This document shows positions 1 through 12,855 of a DNA stretch of 64,000 nt, in pieces (position 1 is the stretch's first letter; each line of letters opens with the position of its first letter). The DNA lies in NCBI RefSeq assembly GCF_009914755.1, contig NC_060926.1; one strand, given 5' to 3'. The stretch is from the human T2T-CHM13v2.0 reference genome, Homo sapiens. A program made the translations under genes and the position numbers. A model generated the notes under the pieces. It saw only the letters and a list, made by a program, of their open reading frames with translations, had not been told where the DNA came from and made no database searches.

Positions 1-161
1 CAGTTTATCAAAAACCATTAATCAAGCACCTATGTAACTAAGAGTGTGCTACACATTATAATAAGCTTTCAGTTCAAGCAGGCTTCTAGTATCATTGCCC
101 TTTTTAAATAAGAAAGATCCTGGTCAGGACTCAAATTCTAAGAATTGCCTAATCAACTTAC

Positions 162-277
162 CTGGGATCACTGGAACAGTTAAATGTGCCTGTACGTATT
201 CCAAATCTTGACACCTTTTTAACCATTTTCTCCCAGTGAATTTTGCCCACCAAGGGACTTCTGTCATTTGCTATGAC
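162..277 (-). CDS. RNF103: RNF103 coding exon 3 (116 nt; VIANDRSPLVGKIHWEKMVKKVSRFGIRTGTFNCSSDP+AG)
   Basis: Hand translation of the minus strand. Acceptor tttttgggaatag before 277, donor AG|GTAAGT after 162. The phase-0 start matches the end of exon 2, and the peptide matches recalled RNF103. The final RING-encoding exon lies outside the window. Confidence 0.95.
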
Positions 278-980
278 CTATTCCCAAAAATAGAGAAAAA
301 GAAACTTGAATTACCTAAAATGGAGTCAAGCCAACCGTTTACATCAACAATATAATTTCACTTAAAAAAAAAGATATTCTGTTCCCAGTTCTTGTTTACT
401 GTATCATCACATTATCATTACAATTCTTATAGAAGGAGCAACTATCCAATAGGAAAAAGACTTGAAACACTGAAACGTAAATTAAACTCTCCCACACTCT
501 GTGGCAGTTACAAAGAGAGGGAGGGAGTCAAAACTGTATTAAAAGGCTAGCCACATTCTCCACCATGTGGCCTCTTCTCTCTAATTAAGTTACACAGGAA
601 GAAAATGGCCCTTGGAATAATTTCTCTTTGCTCTGAAAAGAAAATTTTAAACAATAATCCAAATAGAGCTTACTAAAAATTATCACATGTAGGTTCAACA
701 AGTTCAAATTTCACTTTTTAAAAAGTATAATTATGGAGCCAAGAGTCAAACACATGTTTTCTATTAAAGGGTGCTTTGACTAAATCAATAAATACTACTA
801 GTTCTATGGCTTTTTGCTTAATCATGAACGGCTCTAACATACAATAAGAATTACCATTCTTCTTATTCATTCTTTAATGTAATGAATTTTACATTATTGA
901 ACTTGTACTTCAAATTTGCAAGAGCTTTCAAACACAATTAGGATTAGGAAAAGCAAAAGATTCTTAAGAAAAGAAAAAGA

Positions 981-1255
981 GGCCAGGTGTGGTGGCTCAC
1001 GCCTGTAATCCCAACATGTTGGGAGGCCGAGGCAGATGCATCACTTGAGTCGAAGAGTTCAAGACCAGCCTGGCCAACATGGCAAAACCCCGTCTCTACT
1101 AGAAATACAAAAATTAGCCAGGCATGGTGGCAGGCACCTATAGTCCCAGCTGCTCAGAAGGCTGAAGCATGAGAATCACTTGAACCTGTGAGGTGGAGGT
1201 TGCAGTGAGTAGAGGTTGCACCACTGCAATCCAGCCTGGGTGACAGAGCAAGACC
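981..1255 (+). mobile_element. Alu (S/J-type), 3' end and poly(A) missing
   Basis: GGCCAGGTGTGGTGGCTCACGCC start, A-rich linker, right arm ends at GAGCAAGACC with no tail. Confidence 0.9.
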
Positions 1256-1940
1256 TTCAAAATATGTCAAGACTTCTCTTATAAGTGTCAGCCTTTCTAA
1301 TCATTACCACCTTTTCCCTTTATCTCCTAATCTTCCTGCCTTTAATGAAGGCAGAATTTCAATGCAGATACCAGTAAAAACCAAAAAACATTAAAAACAA
1401 GACCATAAAAATAACTAAATGGGAAGTTAAAGGAAAGCCAAAAATGTCTAAAGTCATCATGAAACCATCTGTTTAAGTCCAGGGTATATAGGCCAAGTTT
1501 ATTTTCATAAATGTTATATTTCTGATACTATACAATTCAAAATTACAACATAATACTCTGGGGGCCTCTACTCTTTCTGGGAGGAAGGACCATTTTCACA
1601 CTCACAAAGCCTCCAGGAAGTGAAGTTGCAGGTGGGTGTGTAAAATGAGTGCTGACAGTCAACTCCTTGGGAGACGCAAGAGGTGGTGCAGCCACCTCAT
1701 CTGTGGCCTCTGTGCTAGAACGTCTAACAAATGTCAGAGGGCAGCAGAAGAAACAGCACATTGTGATGACAAGTGACTTGAAGTTCACTTTATGTGCCAA
1801 ATAACCTCTGTGACACTCCACTACCATCCTCATACTTACCGAGACACACGTGCATACATAACATCTTATCACATAAGTTTGAAGCTTAATGAATACATAT
1901 ACACAATTTAGGGCATTAAGCAAATGGTTTTGATATTACA

Positions 1941-2096
1941 TTTTTTTTTAAGGGACAGGGTCTCACTCTGTTCCCCAGGCTGAAGTGCAATGGCTCAATC
2001 ATGGCTCACTGCAGCCTCAAATACCTGGCCTCAGGGTTCCTTCTGCCTCGGCCTCCCAAGTGTTGGAATTACAGGCATGAACCACTGCACCCAACC
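1941..2096 (-). mobile_element. Free Alu monomer (FLAM/FRAM-like)
   Basis: About 155-bp monomer with T-tail, flanked by TSD atggttttgata(t/g)tac. Confidence 0.85.
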
Positions 2097-2315
2097 ATGG
2101 TTTTGATAGTACTTTTTAATGAAAATAAGTGGTCTTATTGAGGCAGATACAATTTATTCAAATACTCAGACAGCTGAAGTAACCAGGAAGAAGGCAATCT
2201 GGGGACATGCACTTAATAGGTGAAAGCTCTTTTGAAGGATGCTCACACGTTTCCCTACCCAGTAAGTCCCTAGCTTTACATTTTTCTCTGGTCCAAAAGT
2301 ACTTTATAAGTTTTA

Positions 2316-2667
<352 letters not shown>

Positions 2668-3499
2668 CTATTGCCTCTTGTTCTTTATTTTATTTTATTT
2701 TTATTGCTACCACTCAAGAGTCAATCTGGTAGTTCTTTTGGTCAAATAATCAAAGACAAGTTTAACTTATTTTTCAGATTCCTTAGGAAGATTAAGAAGT
2801 ATCTGTGCAATCATACTACCATACTCTCTACTCTTTGCCCTCTTTTAAAAATAACTCACTTTTCAGGCATTATCCCATTTCTTGATCAAGGTTGCAAATA
2901 ACCCAAACATTTCAGGTCTGTGTGCAGAATGACACTGCTCCAAGGAGTTTAGAGGTTGCCTCGCCAGTGTAAATATTTAGTTCCTAAGTCTGGAGGCATC
3001 TTTCAGTGAAGATCTTGTTCACTGCACAGGTATCTTTGAGACATGTGATAAGAGCTCCAATGTTAGGAAAAGAAGGAGGAATGAGAGGGGTTCTTCCCAG
3101 GTACCTCTTGGTTATAGCAGAGATAGTAGAAGTGAGTGAAAAGAGTTGGGAACATACCTGGGGCAGGTACAAGACAATGTTCAATGCCAGGGCCTTATTT
3201 ATTCAGCAACGTGTTCTAGCATTTGGTTTTGAAGAGTTTAAGGATCCCTGACTGACAGAGCTACACAAAAATGAAAAATCTTGTAGGCATTGCATGAAAG
3301 CATTTTATATTACTTTATAGTTATATTTATGCAATTAAAAATGTGTCCAATGTCCTACATAGTTATATAATTCAACTGAAGGTTTAGCATAAATTAAATT
3401 TGGTGGAGTTTAAATTAACCAACCACTATAAAAATGCTAATATTTTCACAAAATAACTCATCTGGTTGAGTCACACAGCACAACAAAATATTCTCAGCC

Positions 3500-3561
3500 T
3501 AATATATATATATACATATGCCTTATATATATATATATATAATATATATACACACACACAC
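3500..3561. repeat. Compound (TA)n/(CA)n microsatellite
   Basis: Visible dinucleotide runs. Confidence 0.85.
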
Positions 3562-5324
3562 TATGTCATACCAGTAAGAGTCCCCAATTTATAGCTCATA
3601 TCCTAGAAGGATGCATGATGATTCTGAGTGGCATTCATATGGCTGGTCTCATTAAAAGGGGAGACATTTTCCTCAGCAGCTCAGAAGGAACACTGTATGT
3701 GGGGAACATTTTCAAAGACTACAAAAAAACTGGACAAAGTACAGCTTGAGTTCCAGGTGTGGAACAGACCTGGCAATACAGGCTAGAAGTGAAGCAATCT
3801 TTCCATTCCCTTTCCCAGGGTATCTGCCTCTGGCATCCCCACACTTGCTCACCACTGTAGTCCCTGCAGCTAATACAGTGCCCAACTCATATGGGTGCTC
3901 AATAAGTATTTATGTCAAACCAAACAATTTCAGCTTCTTACAGTTTAATAACTCATTCTTCTAGTTCTGATTACACAGAGTCTCTAAAGGAAACTCTTAA
4001 GCTTTTGATTTCTGTTATAATCAAAGTCCCTTCCCCAGCAACCTGTACCAAGATGTTTTCTGGACAAACAGTGGCATAAATGGTACCCTGCTAAGCAACT
4101 GCATATTAATGTTCTTGACCTCAGTCAGACATAAAGATGTTTAATTCAGTGCATTTTAAAATGCCCATTATTTAGAGGTGAGGTTTATTACTGATCAAAC
4201 CATGTGGCATACCCCTTTTAATACTGTTAATCTCCATACAACGACATCCAGGTTTAGTTAAGTAACATAACTCCCTGGAACAATGAGAGTATTGTGCTAT
4301 GATATTTTCTGCATTCTCAGTATTTCATTATAATAGGGAGTCTCTACTTTCAAAATCATAAGCCAACCTAGTATATACATGCAAACTATATAAAACCATT
4401 AAGAGTAAGGACAAGTGATTGACAAAAAACAGTGGTCTTTTAATTTTTTTGTATTCTTACATAGAATTTATAAAATTTTTTACCAATACAAAATATAAGA
4501 TAAAGTGGCTTGCTATGTGCTTCACCTCCATAGCAGTATCAAGAAAGAAATACGTAATTTAGAATCTCCTCGAACAAAACTTTTGTCTAGGAGCAAAGAT
4601 AAACAAGTTTAAAATCAGCTATTAACTCTTGTCAGCCAAACAGGAAATATATTGATGTAATACTTCAGTAAATATTGACCCAAAGCTTTATTTTAAATCA
4701 TATGATGCTTCTCACTGCTACCTCAATTCCAGTGACTTTAAATTCCATATGATGTAACACAGCCAGTAGGGAACAAATATGTCCTTCTTTGAACTATGAC
4801 AAAAGTCAAAACGGAGAAACAGAAATGTTAGGAGGAGGATAAATCCATAAAACCCATAAATTATGCTAACTTCTCCACTTCAGAAGCCTATCCACTGTGC
4901 CATCTGCCTCTCTGACCAAGGGTCTTTTGAAAGAAAAGTAACCATCTTCTATTTGTAATGCTATGAAGACTGGGGCCAAAGAATCCACAAAACTGTTAAA
5001 TGAATAGCTAATGAAAGATATGAGCTTGGGTTAGGGACAAAGGAGAAAAACAATGTTAGGAATAACTTAGAAAAAAGAGCACTTGGTTCTACATGTATTT
5101 CATAGTGTGTCATTGGTAAAGATGTCATATGTATGTTGCTACCTTGAAAACTAAAATAAATTCTGTTCACATTACAGAGACTATACGTAACATGGACCTG
5201 GAAAAGCTTAAAAATATGAAGAGGATTGAACTGGCTGCCATCTGTGCATCTTCATTTATGAAAACACTCCTCATAGACTTAAAACAAATGACAGAGAACA
5301 AATTAGTCAGCTTCTTCTAAAATA

Positions 5325-5631
5325 CAGTGGTCTCCCCTTACCCTCAGTTTCACTTTCTGCAGTCAACTGCAGTCCGAAAATACTACATACAATTAGATAT
5401 TCGGAGAGAGAGACACCACATTTACATAAATGTTATTTCAGTATACTGTTATAATTGTTCTATTTTTATTAGTTGTTGTTGTTACTGTGCCTAACTTACA
5501 CATTAAACTTTATCACAGGTATGTATGTATAGGAAAAAACATAGACTATATAGGATTTGGTACTATCCACGGTTTCAGGCATCCACTGGGGGTCTTGGAA
5601 CGCATCCCCCTCAGATAAGGGGGGACTACTG
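5325..5631 (+). mobile_element. TcMar-Tigger non-autonomous element (MER44A-like)
   Basis: Terminal inverted repeats cagtggtctcccctta...taaggggggactactg with TA TSD at 5323-5324 and 5632-5633. Confidence 0.85.
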
Positions 5632-6224
5632 TAAACAGAAAATAACAACAATTCAAATTGTTAAAAACAATTCTTGAAAGTTATCCTTTACAATAGATTA
5701 ATATATATGATCTGAGCTGAAAGAATGGCAAGCAATGGAGACAATATTTCTCTTCTGTTTCTAGTAGATATTTTCAATTTTAAGCATAGTTTTAAAAAGT
5801 ACAACCCTCTTTTAAGGGCTTAAACCAAGGTGGCTGTGCTGATTGGCTTAGCTGGCTAGTTCACAGTGCCAAGGACAGGGTTTCAATCTCATTCTTCTCA
5901 GTTGTCCTGCCAGAGATTGTTCTTTCAGACCAGGCCAGCCATTTGACAGATGTAAGCCACTGGCCTCAAGGAACACAAGCCAGACAGTGGTGGTCAATGC
6001 AAACCTTGAGCATCACTGGAAAAATTAAGCAGGTGTCCTACTGCATTATTTCCATACATAGAAAAACCACAGAAATACATTCTATTTTTAAAGAGTTGTT
6101 TTTCAACTATTAATACCTATAAGGTTTAAAAATATTTTCAGAGAAAAAAAATTTAGCAACTAGAATTTATAATGCTACCATTTACTATCATTATTTGTCC
6201 TTCACTTCATTTGTCACCTTACCA

Positions 6225-6451
6225 GAGAATTCCTTGCCACTCTCATCTCCTTAATCTGCTTATTTTTCTTCTTACTACTTTCCACTAACTGATGTTATAT
6301 TAAATATTTATTTATTTGGTGTCTGCCTCTCCCAACTAGAATGTGAGCTGCCTGACAGAGCAAGGCCTTAGCTTGGTGTGTGTTTCTGGTATATCTTCAG
6401 GGCCCAGAACAGGGCCTGGCACACCCACAACTGAATAAACTTTTGATGAAT
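6225..6451 (+). mobile_element. L2 3' end fragment
   Basis: ctagaatgtgagct...cagaacagggcctggcaca...aataaac...tgaat, typical L2 3' terminus. Confidence 0.7.
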
Positions 6452-7355
6452 TCTGTCACATATTTATTACAGGAGCTTAATTCATGGATATCTTTAACAG
6501 GACATCAAAAACAGTAGATCATTTACAAGCCAAGAACATACTGCTAACTATTGAACCAGAATGTATTTGTTGTCTATAGGCAGCAGCCTATATAGCAAAA
6601 GAACTCAAGACTTTTGACATAGCCCTTCCAAGTTTCAAAGGTGTGCAACATCTTCACCATTTATTTCCATGGGATCATTCAATGTGGGTGACATTTAGAC
6701 ACTGAAAGCAGGGCAGTGGGACTGGCTATTCAATTCATCCTCAGTAATAAAATCTAAAATTATCAAAACCAGTGTCTTTCTCAATCAGACTATTAGAAAT
6801 AAGTACCAGAGAAAAGAAACAGAATAACAATATACTTATACATTAAAGCTTTAAAAAAGCTCCACCTTATTTTTCAACTCCAACTGACACAGAAATAAAC
6901 TAAAATTTAAATAGATAATGTATAGACTACACTCATACTCTCACATTCTCTCCCATTGCTGAACTTAAAAATTACTGAATTAGATTATCCGGAAGGTAAA
7001 AGGACAAATGCAATAGGAAGGATACAATAAAGAAAGGCCATGGATGAACAATGTAAATCTCTGGAAGAATTCCCAAACCTCAACCCTTTAGCACAGTGGA
7101 CTACAGTACCATTTTATCCTTTTTAGATGTATATGTATTTATTTGAGGCCACGTGCAACAGAAAAATATACCTATTTACAATCATACTGCTAGTCAGTGA
7201 CAGTACCAGACCTGTAACAGCGACAGTACCAGACCTGCAACTAATGTCTCTGAACTCATAGCTTTTCCTACCATATTTTGCAGTCTTTACTCTCAGAAAG
7301 AAATATGAAGAAACTGTTTTAATTTTCATGCCCTGAATCAAACTTTGCCCACTCC

Positions 7356-7473
7356 AGTGTGAAATGATAAGAGTACCAGTCAAGAAATCAGAAGACCTGG
7401 GTTTCATCCTGGTTCAATACTACCAACTAGTTCCATGACCTTGGGCAAGCTACTTCACCTCTCAGAGTCTCAG
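7356..7473 (+). mobile_element. MIR fragment
   Basis: gacctgggtttcatcctgg...gaccttgggcaagctacttcacctctc MIR core. Confidence 0.75.
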
Positions 7474-8331
7474 AAAGGGTTAGTCTGATATAATTTCCAA
7501 GCTTCAGCCATTCACAGACTACATTAATAATTTTAGCCACATTCACGCTGTTAATTTACTTGATATGTCACTTTGAATGTACAGTTTTAAAATGTAAATA
7601 ACTTTAGTCCTGTCCTAAGCAAAATTTATGAAATTTATGTTAATATAATTTTTCTAATTTACATTAAAATATGTAAATGATAATGCATGCCCACTCACCA
7701 TAAATTACATCTTGGAAAGCATAAAATATTTTTAAGGTCCATCATAGCTCTAAAATTCTAATATGCTAATTAAGTCTCACAGTTTTGCTATCATAAAAAC
7801 AAGGGTTAAAAATTATAATCTCATCATCCTGAGTTACGTAATGAGCACCCCCACCATTTTCCACAACAGCTCCTCTATAGTCACAAAGTTGGCTATTTCC
7901 CTAATACAATGATTCCTTTACTTTTACTTTAGGGTTCTTACTTATATATAAAAATTACTCAGGCCACTGAATTAAAAACTGGAGATAATAAAAACTAAGA
8001 GAAACAGTGCAAATCACTAAATAAAAGGGATATATATGTGTATTTCTCAATTCAACAAAGGTCCAATAACTAAAATAGATTTGCTTCTGGGGATTCTAAA
8101 CAAAAAGTTGACCCCCATCCCCCATCTTTCTCTTTCCCACTACTCAATTTTCATCTTCCTCAGTCTCCAAAACCTTTTTAAGAAGATACTGGAGCCTCCC
8201 TAAGAGAACTGAGTTATGTGTGAGAAACAAGACACAAGGACACGGAAGTGTCACTGGCTGGTACATACTATTTTGGTAAAAATAATTTTTTTAGGGCTCT
8301 CGAATTATCAAATTATTACTGCTTTTCATAC

Positions 8332-8471
8332 CTGAACCAGCCAGATGCCATCTTTTGTGTCTTCCACAAGCTCATAGAAGTGCATTTCACCACTGAAATT
8401 GGTACTAGAAACCGATTCGGATGCTTCTTCTTCCTTGAGAGCAGAATAGAGCTCACCCTCCATCAAGTCAC
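8332..8471 (-). CDS. RNF103: RNF103 coding exon 2 (140 nt; (G)DLMEGELYSALKEEEASESVSSTNFSGEMHFYELVEDTKDGIWLVQ)
   Basis: Acceptor ttttcctttcttcag before 8471, donor CAG|GTATGA after 8332. Phase 1 in and phase 0 out, consistent with exons 1 and 3. Confidence 0.95.
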
Positions 8472-10662
8472 CTGAAGAAAGGAAAAGAATAACACTAATA
8501 AGGTTGCAAGAATCCTAGATTCCCAATTTCAGTAATTCTATTTTTTACACTGTTAAGAATCATGATATTGTACTTTCATTGTATTTTATAGACAAGAACT
8601 ACTAGAAGAACCTGGATATACCCACTTAGGAGTCATACATTCAATAAATATGTAGTAAGAACTTCCTATGCATCAGGGAAAAGTGAACAAAATAGACAAA
8701 AATCCATCTCTTATAGAACAGGGCTTATATTTTAGTGGGGTTATCACATAATTATTAGGAACTTACCAAATTTGTACCACTCCAAAAAGGCACAACTTTC
8801 TTAATTATTTAGTTTTATGAATGACACATACAGGCTTCATATACATTTTTAAACAGTATGGCTTATATGCTTCTTACTTAAAAGATGTAGAATTGGGTTC
8901 ACAGAATTTGCCATCAGCCCTGCTTAAAAGAGCAACAGGGTTTGTATGACTTGGAGGTTAGAACTTTACCTGTTAGACAGAACAAACTCCATATTCATAT
9001 ACAAATTTATATTATAAATTTAGAGCTTGTATCATTAAACAAAAAGGAAAGGAAAACACTAAAATCAAATTATTTTAACTTTCGCCTTAAATATTAAACA
9101 GTGAGAAACCAAGTACTGCACCATGATAGCAGCAAAACCATTCACAATAAACACTTAAATTTTAAACTGCTATACCATGACTTTTCTGCCATAAAACGTG
9201 TGATTTGAGTCATACTGGGCTGTGCGTCTTAAAGTTAAATGTGGACTTCTAGTACATTCAATGTGCCAAGTATTTTTAGGCCCAAAAGAAGGCAATAATA
9301 AATAACAGTCAAAAGAAAAAAAAATGTGTGACCAAATTATTTTCCATAAAAAAATGATGGCTTTGGCAGTTGAGACACTTCTCATCTCTAAACCAAGAGA
9401 GTTTATTTATTAGAGATCTTTTACCCTAGTTACTCCACTTCTTCCCCCTATGGTAGAAATAAGAATCGCCATAAACCAGTCAGCAAACAAGGGGCAAGAA
9501 TAATATACGATTTTATATTTTCTCTAAAGAAACATTTATCACTTCTGCAGAGTGTGTTCCTCTCCTCTACCCTAATAGTGAGATATGAGTTTTATAACCC
9601 GCAACCTACAAATATCCAAGTGTTAAACTGCTAGCGAGCTCATACTCTTGTCTATCACGCTACATGTCTATAAGGTACTAAAGAAGGAAAAGATTTGTCT
9701 TGTAAAAGATACAGCTGACAAAAATACTTGAAACAACAAAAAAGATAACCATCAGTTTCAGCTGCTTCCCACAGCAACGCAGAAAGCCTTTCTCAAATTA
9801 CATTCCACTTTCAGGAAGTATATCCAAAGATATACTTTGTGCAGCAGTGAAAAAAATTAACCATATTTCTCACCCAATCCTACCAAAACCAACAATTACT
9901 AAAAACACATTCTTTAAGACATTGAATATTCTCTCAGCACTATTTCACGTATATTTCTCAACCCATTAAACAATGCAAGGGTACCTGTGACACAGAAGAC
10001 AAAAAAAATTTTTCTTTTACACATCCAAGATGCAAATTTTTAAAAATCCTAACAGAAATATAATATAAACTCGAACATGGCAGGCATTTATACAAAATGC
10101 TCGCCTTATTTTCACCAAACTTAAAGTCTGAAAAGCTAATACTGTACGGTGTATACTGTCTATATTCAAACTCATGATTTAACATTTAAATCCTAGGCCC
10201 AAGTGCCTCTGATAGTAAGTATTCCAAAGATGTGTCCCCACTCTGGGTATCTTATTATTACTATCGTGACAAATATTGCTATTGACAGACAACGTTTTGG
10301 AGTTTTTCTTACGTTTTTATGAACTTCAACTGACAAATAATGCTTTCCAGTTTGTAACTAGTTGATATTCCCGAATTTTGAGAAAATCACTCAACTTAGT
10401 AAACAACGCTAAGAAGCCACACTTTAAACTGTCATTTTACGATAACCTTAAAAGGATACACCAACACTCCTCCAAATAATTTCAGACTCCTCCTCAAAGC
10501 TGGGATCCGCATACTTGATTGTAGGAAGCTTGGACGAAGAAACCTGGGCAGCTTTAACGCTTCCAGGAAAGGCCTCACTCTGGGGGAACAGCCAGGTACC
10601 AGGAGGTACAGGTCGTCCCCTCTCCCAGGTGGAGGGGACCCTAGGGGAAGCCCGATACTCGC

Positions 10663-10888
10663 CTGACTTTTCCACCAGCTCCCGGACATCCTTCTTCTCG
10701 GGCAACCCTGAGTAGCCCAACCCCCGGCACTCCAAAATGGTCTTCAGCTTCTTGAAGCTCAGCGCCACCGGATCCACCAGCTGGGTGGCAAAGATGCCAG
10801 TTTCATACCACACAATGGCCTCAAAAAACCTGGCCAGGACGAACAGGACCAGGAAATAGAGGAGCAAGAAAAAAAGCTTCAGCCACAT
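10663..10888 (-). CDS. RNF103: RNF103 (KF-1, ER-membrane RING-H2 E3 ligase) coding part of exon 1, 226 nt; MWLKLFFLLLYFLVLFVLARFFEA...RELVEKS+G
   Basis: ATG at 10888 within ORF-track ORF 10448..11008. Hydrophobic N-terminal anchor. Donor CAG|GCGAGT after 10663 joins in frame to exon 2. Confidence 0.95.
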
Positions 10889-11017
10889 CTTCCCTGGAGT
10901 TTCCTCTCTTTCCAGAGAGCTCGGAATACGGGAGAGAGAAGGGTCGAGGGCGGGGGCCGCGGCTCGGTGGCAGCTTGGGCGAGGGCCCCGTGTCCACGCG
11001 CGGGCCACCCGGCGCCG

Positions 11018-11167
11018 TCACTGGCCGGCCATCCCCGGCGGGGAAGCAGGTGACGGGATCCGCGCGGGCGCGAGGCGGCGACGAGGGACGCAGAGACGCA
11101 GAGCCTCGCGCCGGGCCTCCCAGTCAAGAGCCGACAAAAATAAAGGGGAAAAACTCAAAACCCCCAT
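11018..11167 (-). other. ATG-initiated upstream ORF (49 aa) in the RNF103 leader, in frame with the main CDS
   Basis: Hand translation MGVLSFSPLFLSALDWEARREALRLCVPRRRLAPARIPSPASPPGMAGQ*. An overlapping second uORF at 11171-11124 reads MDGGFEFFPFIFVGS*. Translation not shown. Confidence 0.55.
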
Positions 11168-11870
11168 CCATTAAGCACAGAAAGGAGAGGGGCGCGGGGA
11201 GAGCTCGCGGGGAAGAACAAAACGAGGGACGCTTCCCCCGGGGCGGGCACTGACCCAGGTGGCGGGGTCGGCCCTCCGGTGCCGCGATCTCAAGGGGGAG
11301 GGGGAGACCAAAAAATAACTCAGATCCGCCCAGGAGGCGGGGATCCGGGCGGCAGGCCGGGGCCCGAGGGGCCGTGGGGGCCGGACTCCCGCGGCCGCGG
11401 GTCAGGAGGGCGCGGCGCTCGGCCGGGCCAGGCCCGGGGCCCAGCGTGTTCTGCGCGGGGAGGAGCGGCCGCCGCAACGCCGCGCCCGAAGCCCAGGCCC
11501 CAGGCCCCGCCGACCGCCCAGGCTCCGCGAGAAGAGCGGCGGGCACGGCGGCGGCTCCAGGTTCGCTCGGGCCGGCTGGCGGGCGGCGCCTCTCAGGCGG
11601 GCGGGCACTGCGGCCCGGCCCAGGATGGGGCGTCGCGGTCTCTGCAGATGGAATCGGTCTCGGAGGGAAAAAACCAATAATAGGCCCCGAGACTGCTCCT
11701 CCAGGCGGCTACCCGGCTGCCTCCCGGCCACTCAGCGCCCGTCCCGCTCGGATGGGCAGTGCCGGTCGCAGCACCCGTCCCCAACACCCCCGCCACCTCC
11801 GGAGACCGCGGCCGTACCCTCCACAACCGTGTATCAGCGGCGGCCGCGGCCGGAGCCGAGACATAACAAC

Positions 11871-11946
11871 TGACGTCGCGATGAGGCGGGGCCGGGGCGG
11901 GGCCTGCAGGGTGCGCCCGCAGGGGCCGAGGGCGGGGAATTCGGGG
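11871..11946. promoter_or_regulatory. CRE-like TGACGTCG plus SP/KLF GC boxes (G-quadruplex-capable)
   Basis: TGACGTCG at 11871-11878; GGGGCGGGG at 11894-11902 and GGGCGGGG near 11930; four closely spaced G-runs. Confidence 0.6.
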
Positions 11947-12516
11947 AGCCGCGGGGCTACCGGACTACCGAACGAGGGGCGGGAGGAGAGGCGGAGCCGC
12001 AGCGTGGTCGGGGCCTTCCCGCGGTGCCGAAAGTTGCCTCTCCGTGCTTTTGCGGCGTGGTCTCCCCTTTTGCCCCTCCAATGTTTAGCAATTGATTTTG
12101 TCTGAGGATTAGTCTTTAGATTGTATCACTTTGTGTATTTTTTGTAAAAATAGAGCAGTTAATTATTCTCTTAAAATCGGTGAAAATAGAAATGTACGTT
12201 TTTTGATGAATCCTGGTGAACAGGGAAATTTTTGGCACAGTTGGTTTGAGATGGTAGAAGGTTAAACCCAGAAAGCAAATGTTTTGCCCCCTCTTCATGA
12301 GAATGTGGCTTTGCACATGTGTGTTGGAGGAGGTTTGGCCAAAACTGGAGTTCGCGTTATACTAGGCCCAGTTGTCGCTGCCAGTTACAGCCTTTTCCCT
12401 CCTTCAGTCTCAAGGGTGTTAAAAGCCTGGTGTGGACTCCCTGAGTTCCTAGGACAAAGATTGTCGAGTGTAGATAAGTCCAGGTGCAAAGTTCCGGGTG
12501 CTTTATTTTGTACATG

Positions 12517-12855
<339 letters not shown>

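Larger units (their letters stand above)
10600..12080. promoter_or_regulatory. RNF103: CpG island spanning the RNF103 promoter and 5' UTR
   Basis: Very high GC and CpG density relative to flanks. Explains the many overlapping low-complexity ORFs. The TSS cannot be fixed from sequence; probably near 11860. Confidence 0.9.

Noticed and set aside
1543-1923. 126-aa minus-strand ORF in RNF103 intron 2
   Set aside because: Non-ATG start, no recognisable domain, and not needed for the exon 2-3 reading frame.
5828-5895. tRNA-like A/B-box sequence (tggcttagctgg...gggtttcaatctc)
   Set aside because: No cloverleaf can be built; at most a decayed tRNA-derived SINE head.
10448-11008. 186-aa ORF taken as a complete protein
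   Set aside because: It begins at a GTG in the 5' UTR and runs past the GC donor into intron 1; only 10663-10888 is coding.
10821-12105. Many overlapping 60-243 aa ORFs on both strands of the CpG island
   Set aside because: Pro/Gly/Ala/Arg-rich, mostly non-ATG starts; expected from stop-codon scarcity in GC-rich DNA.
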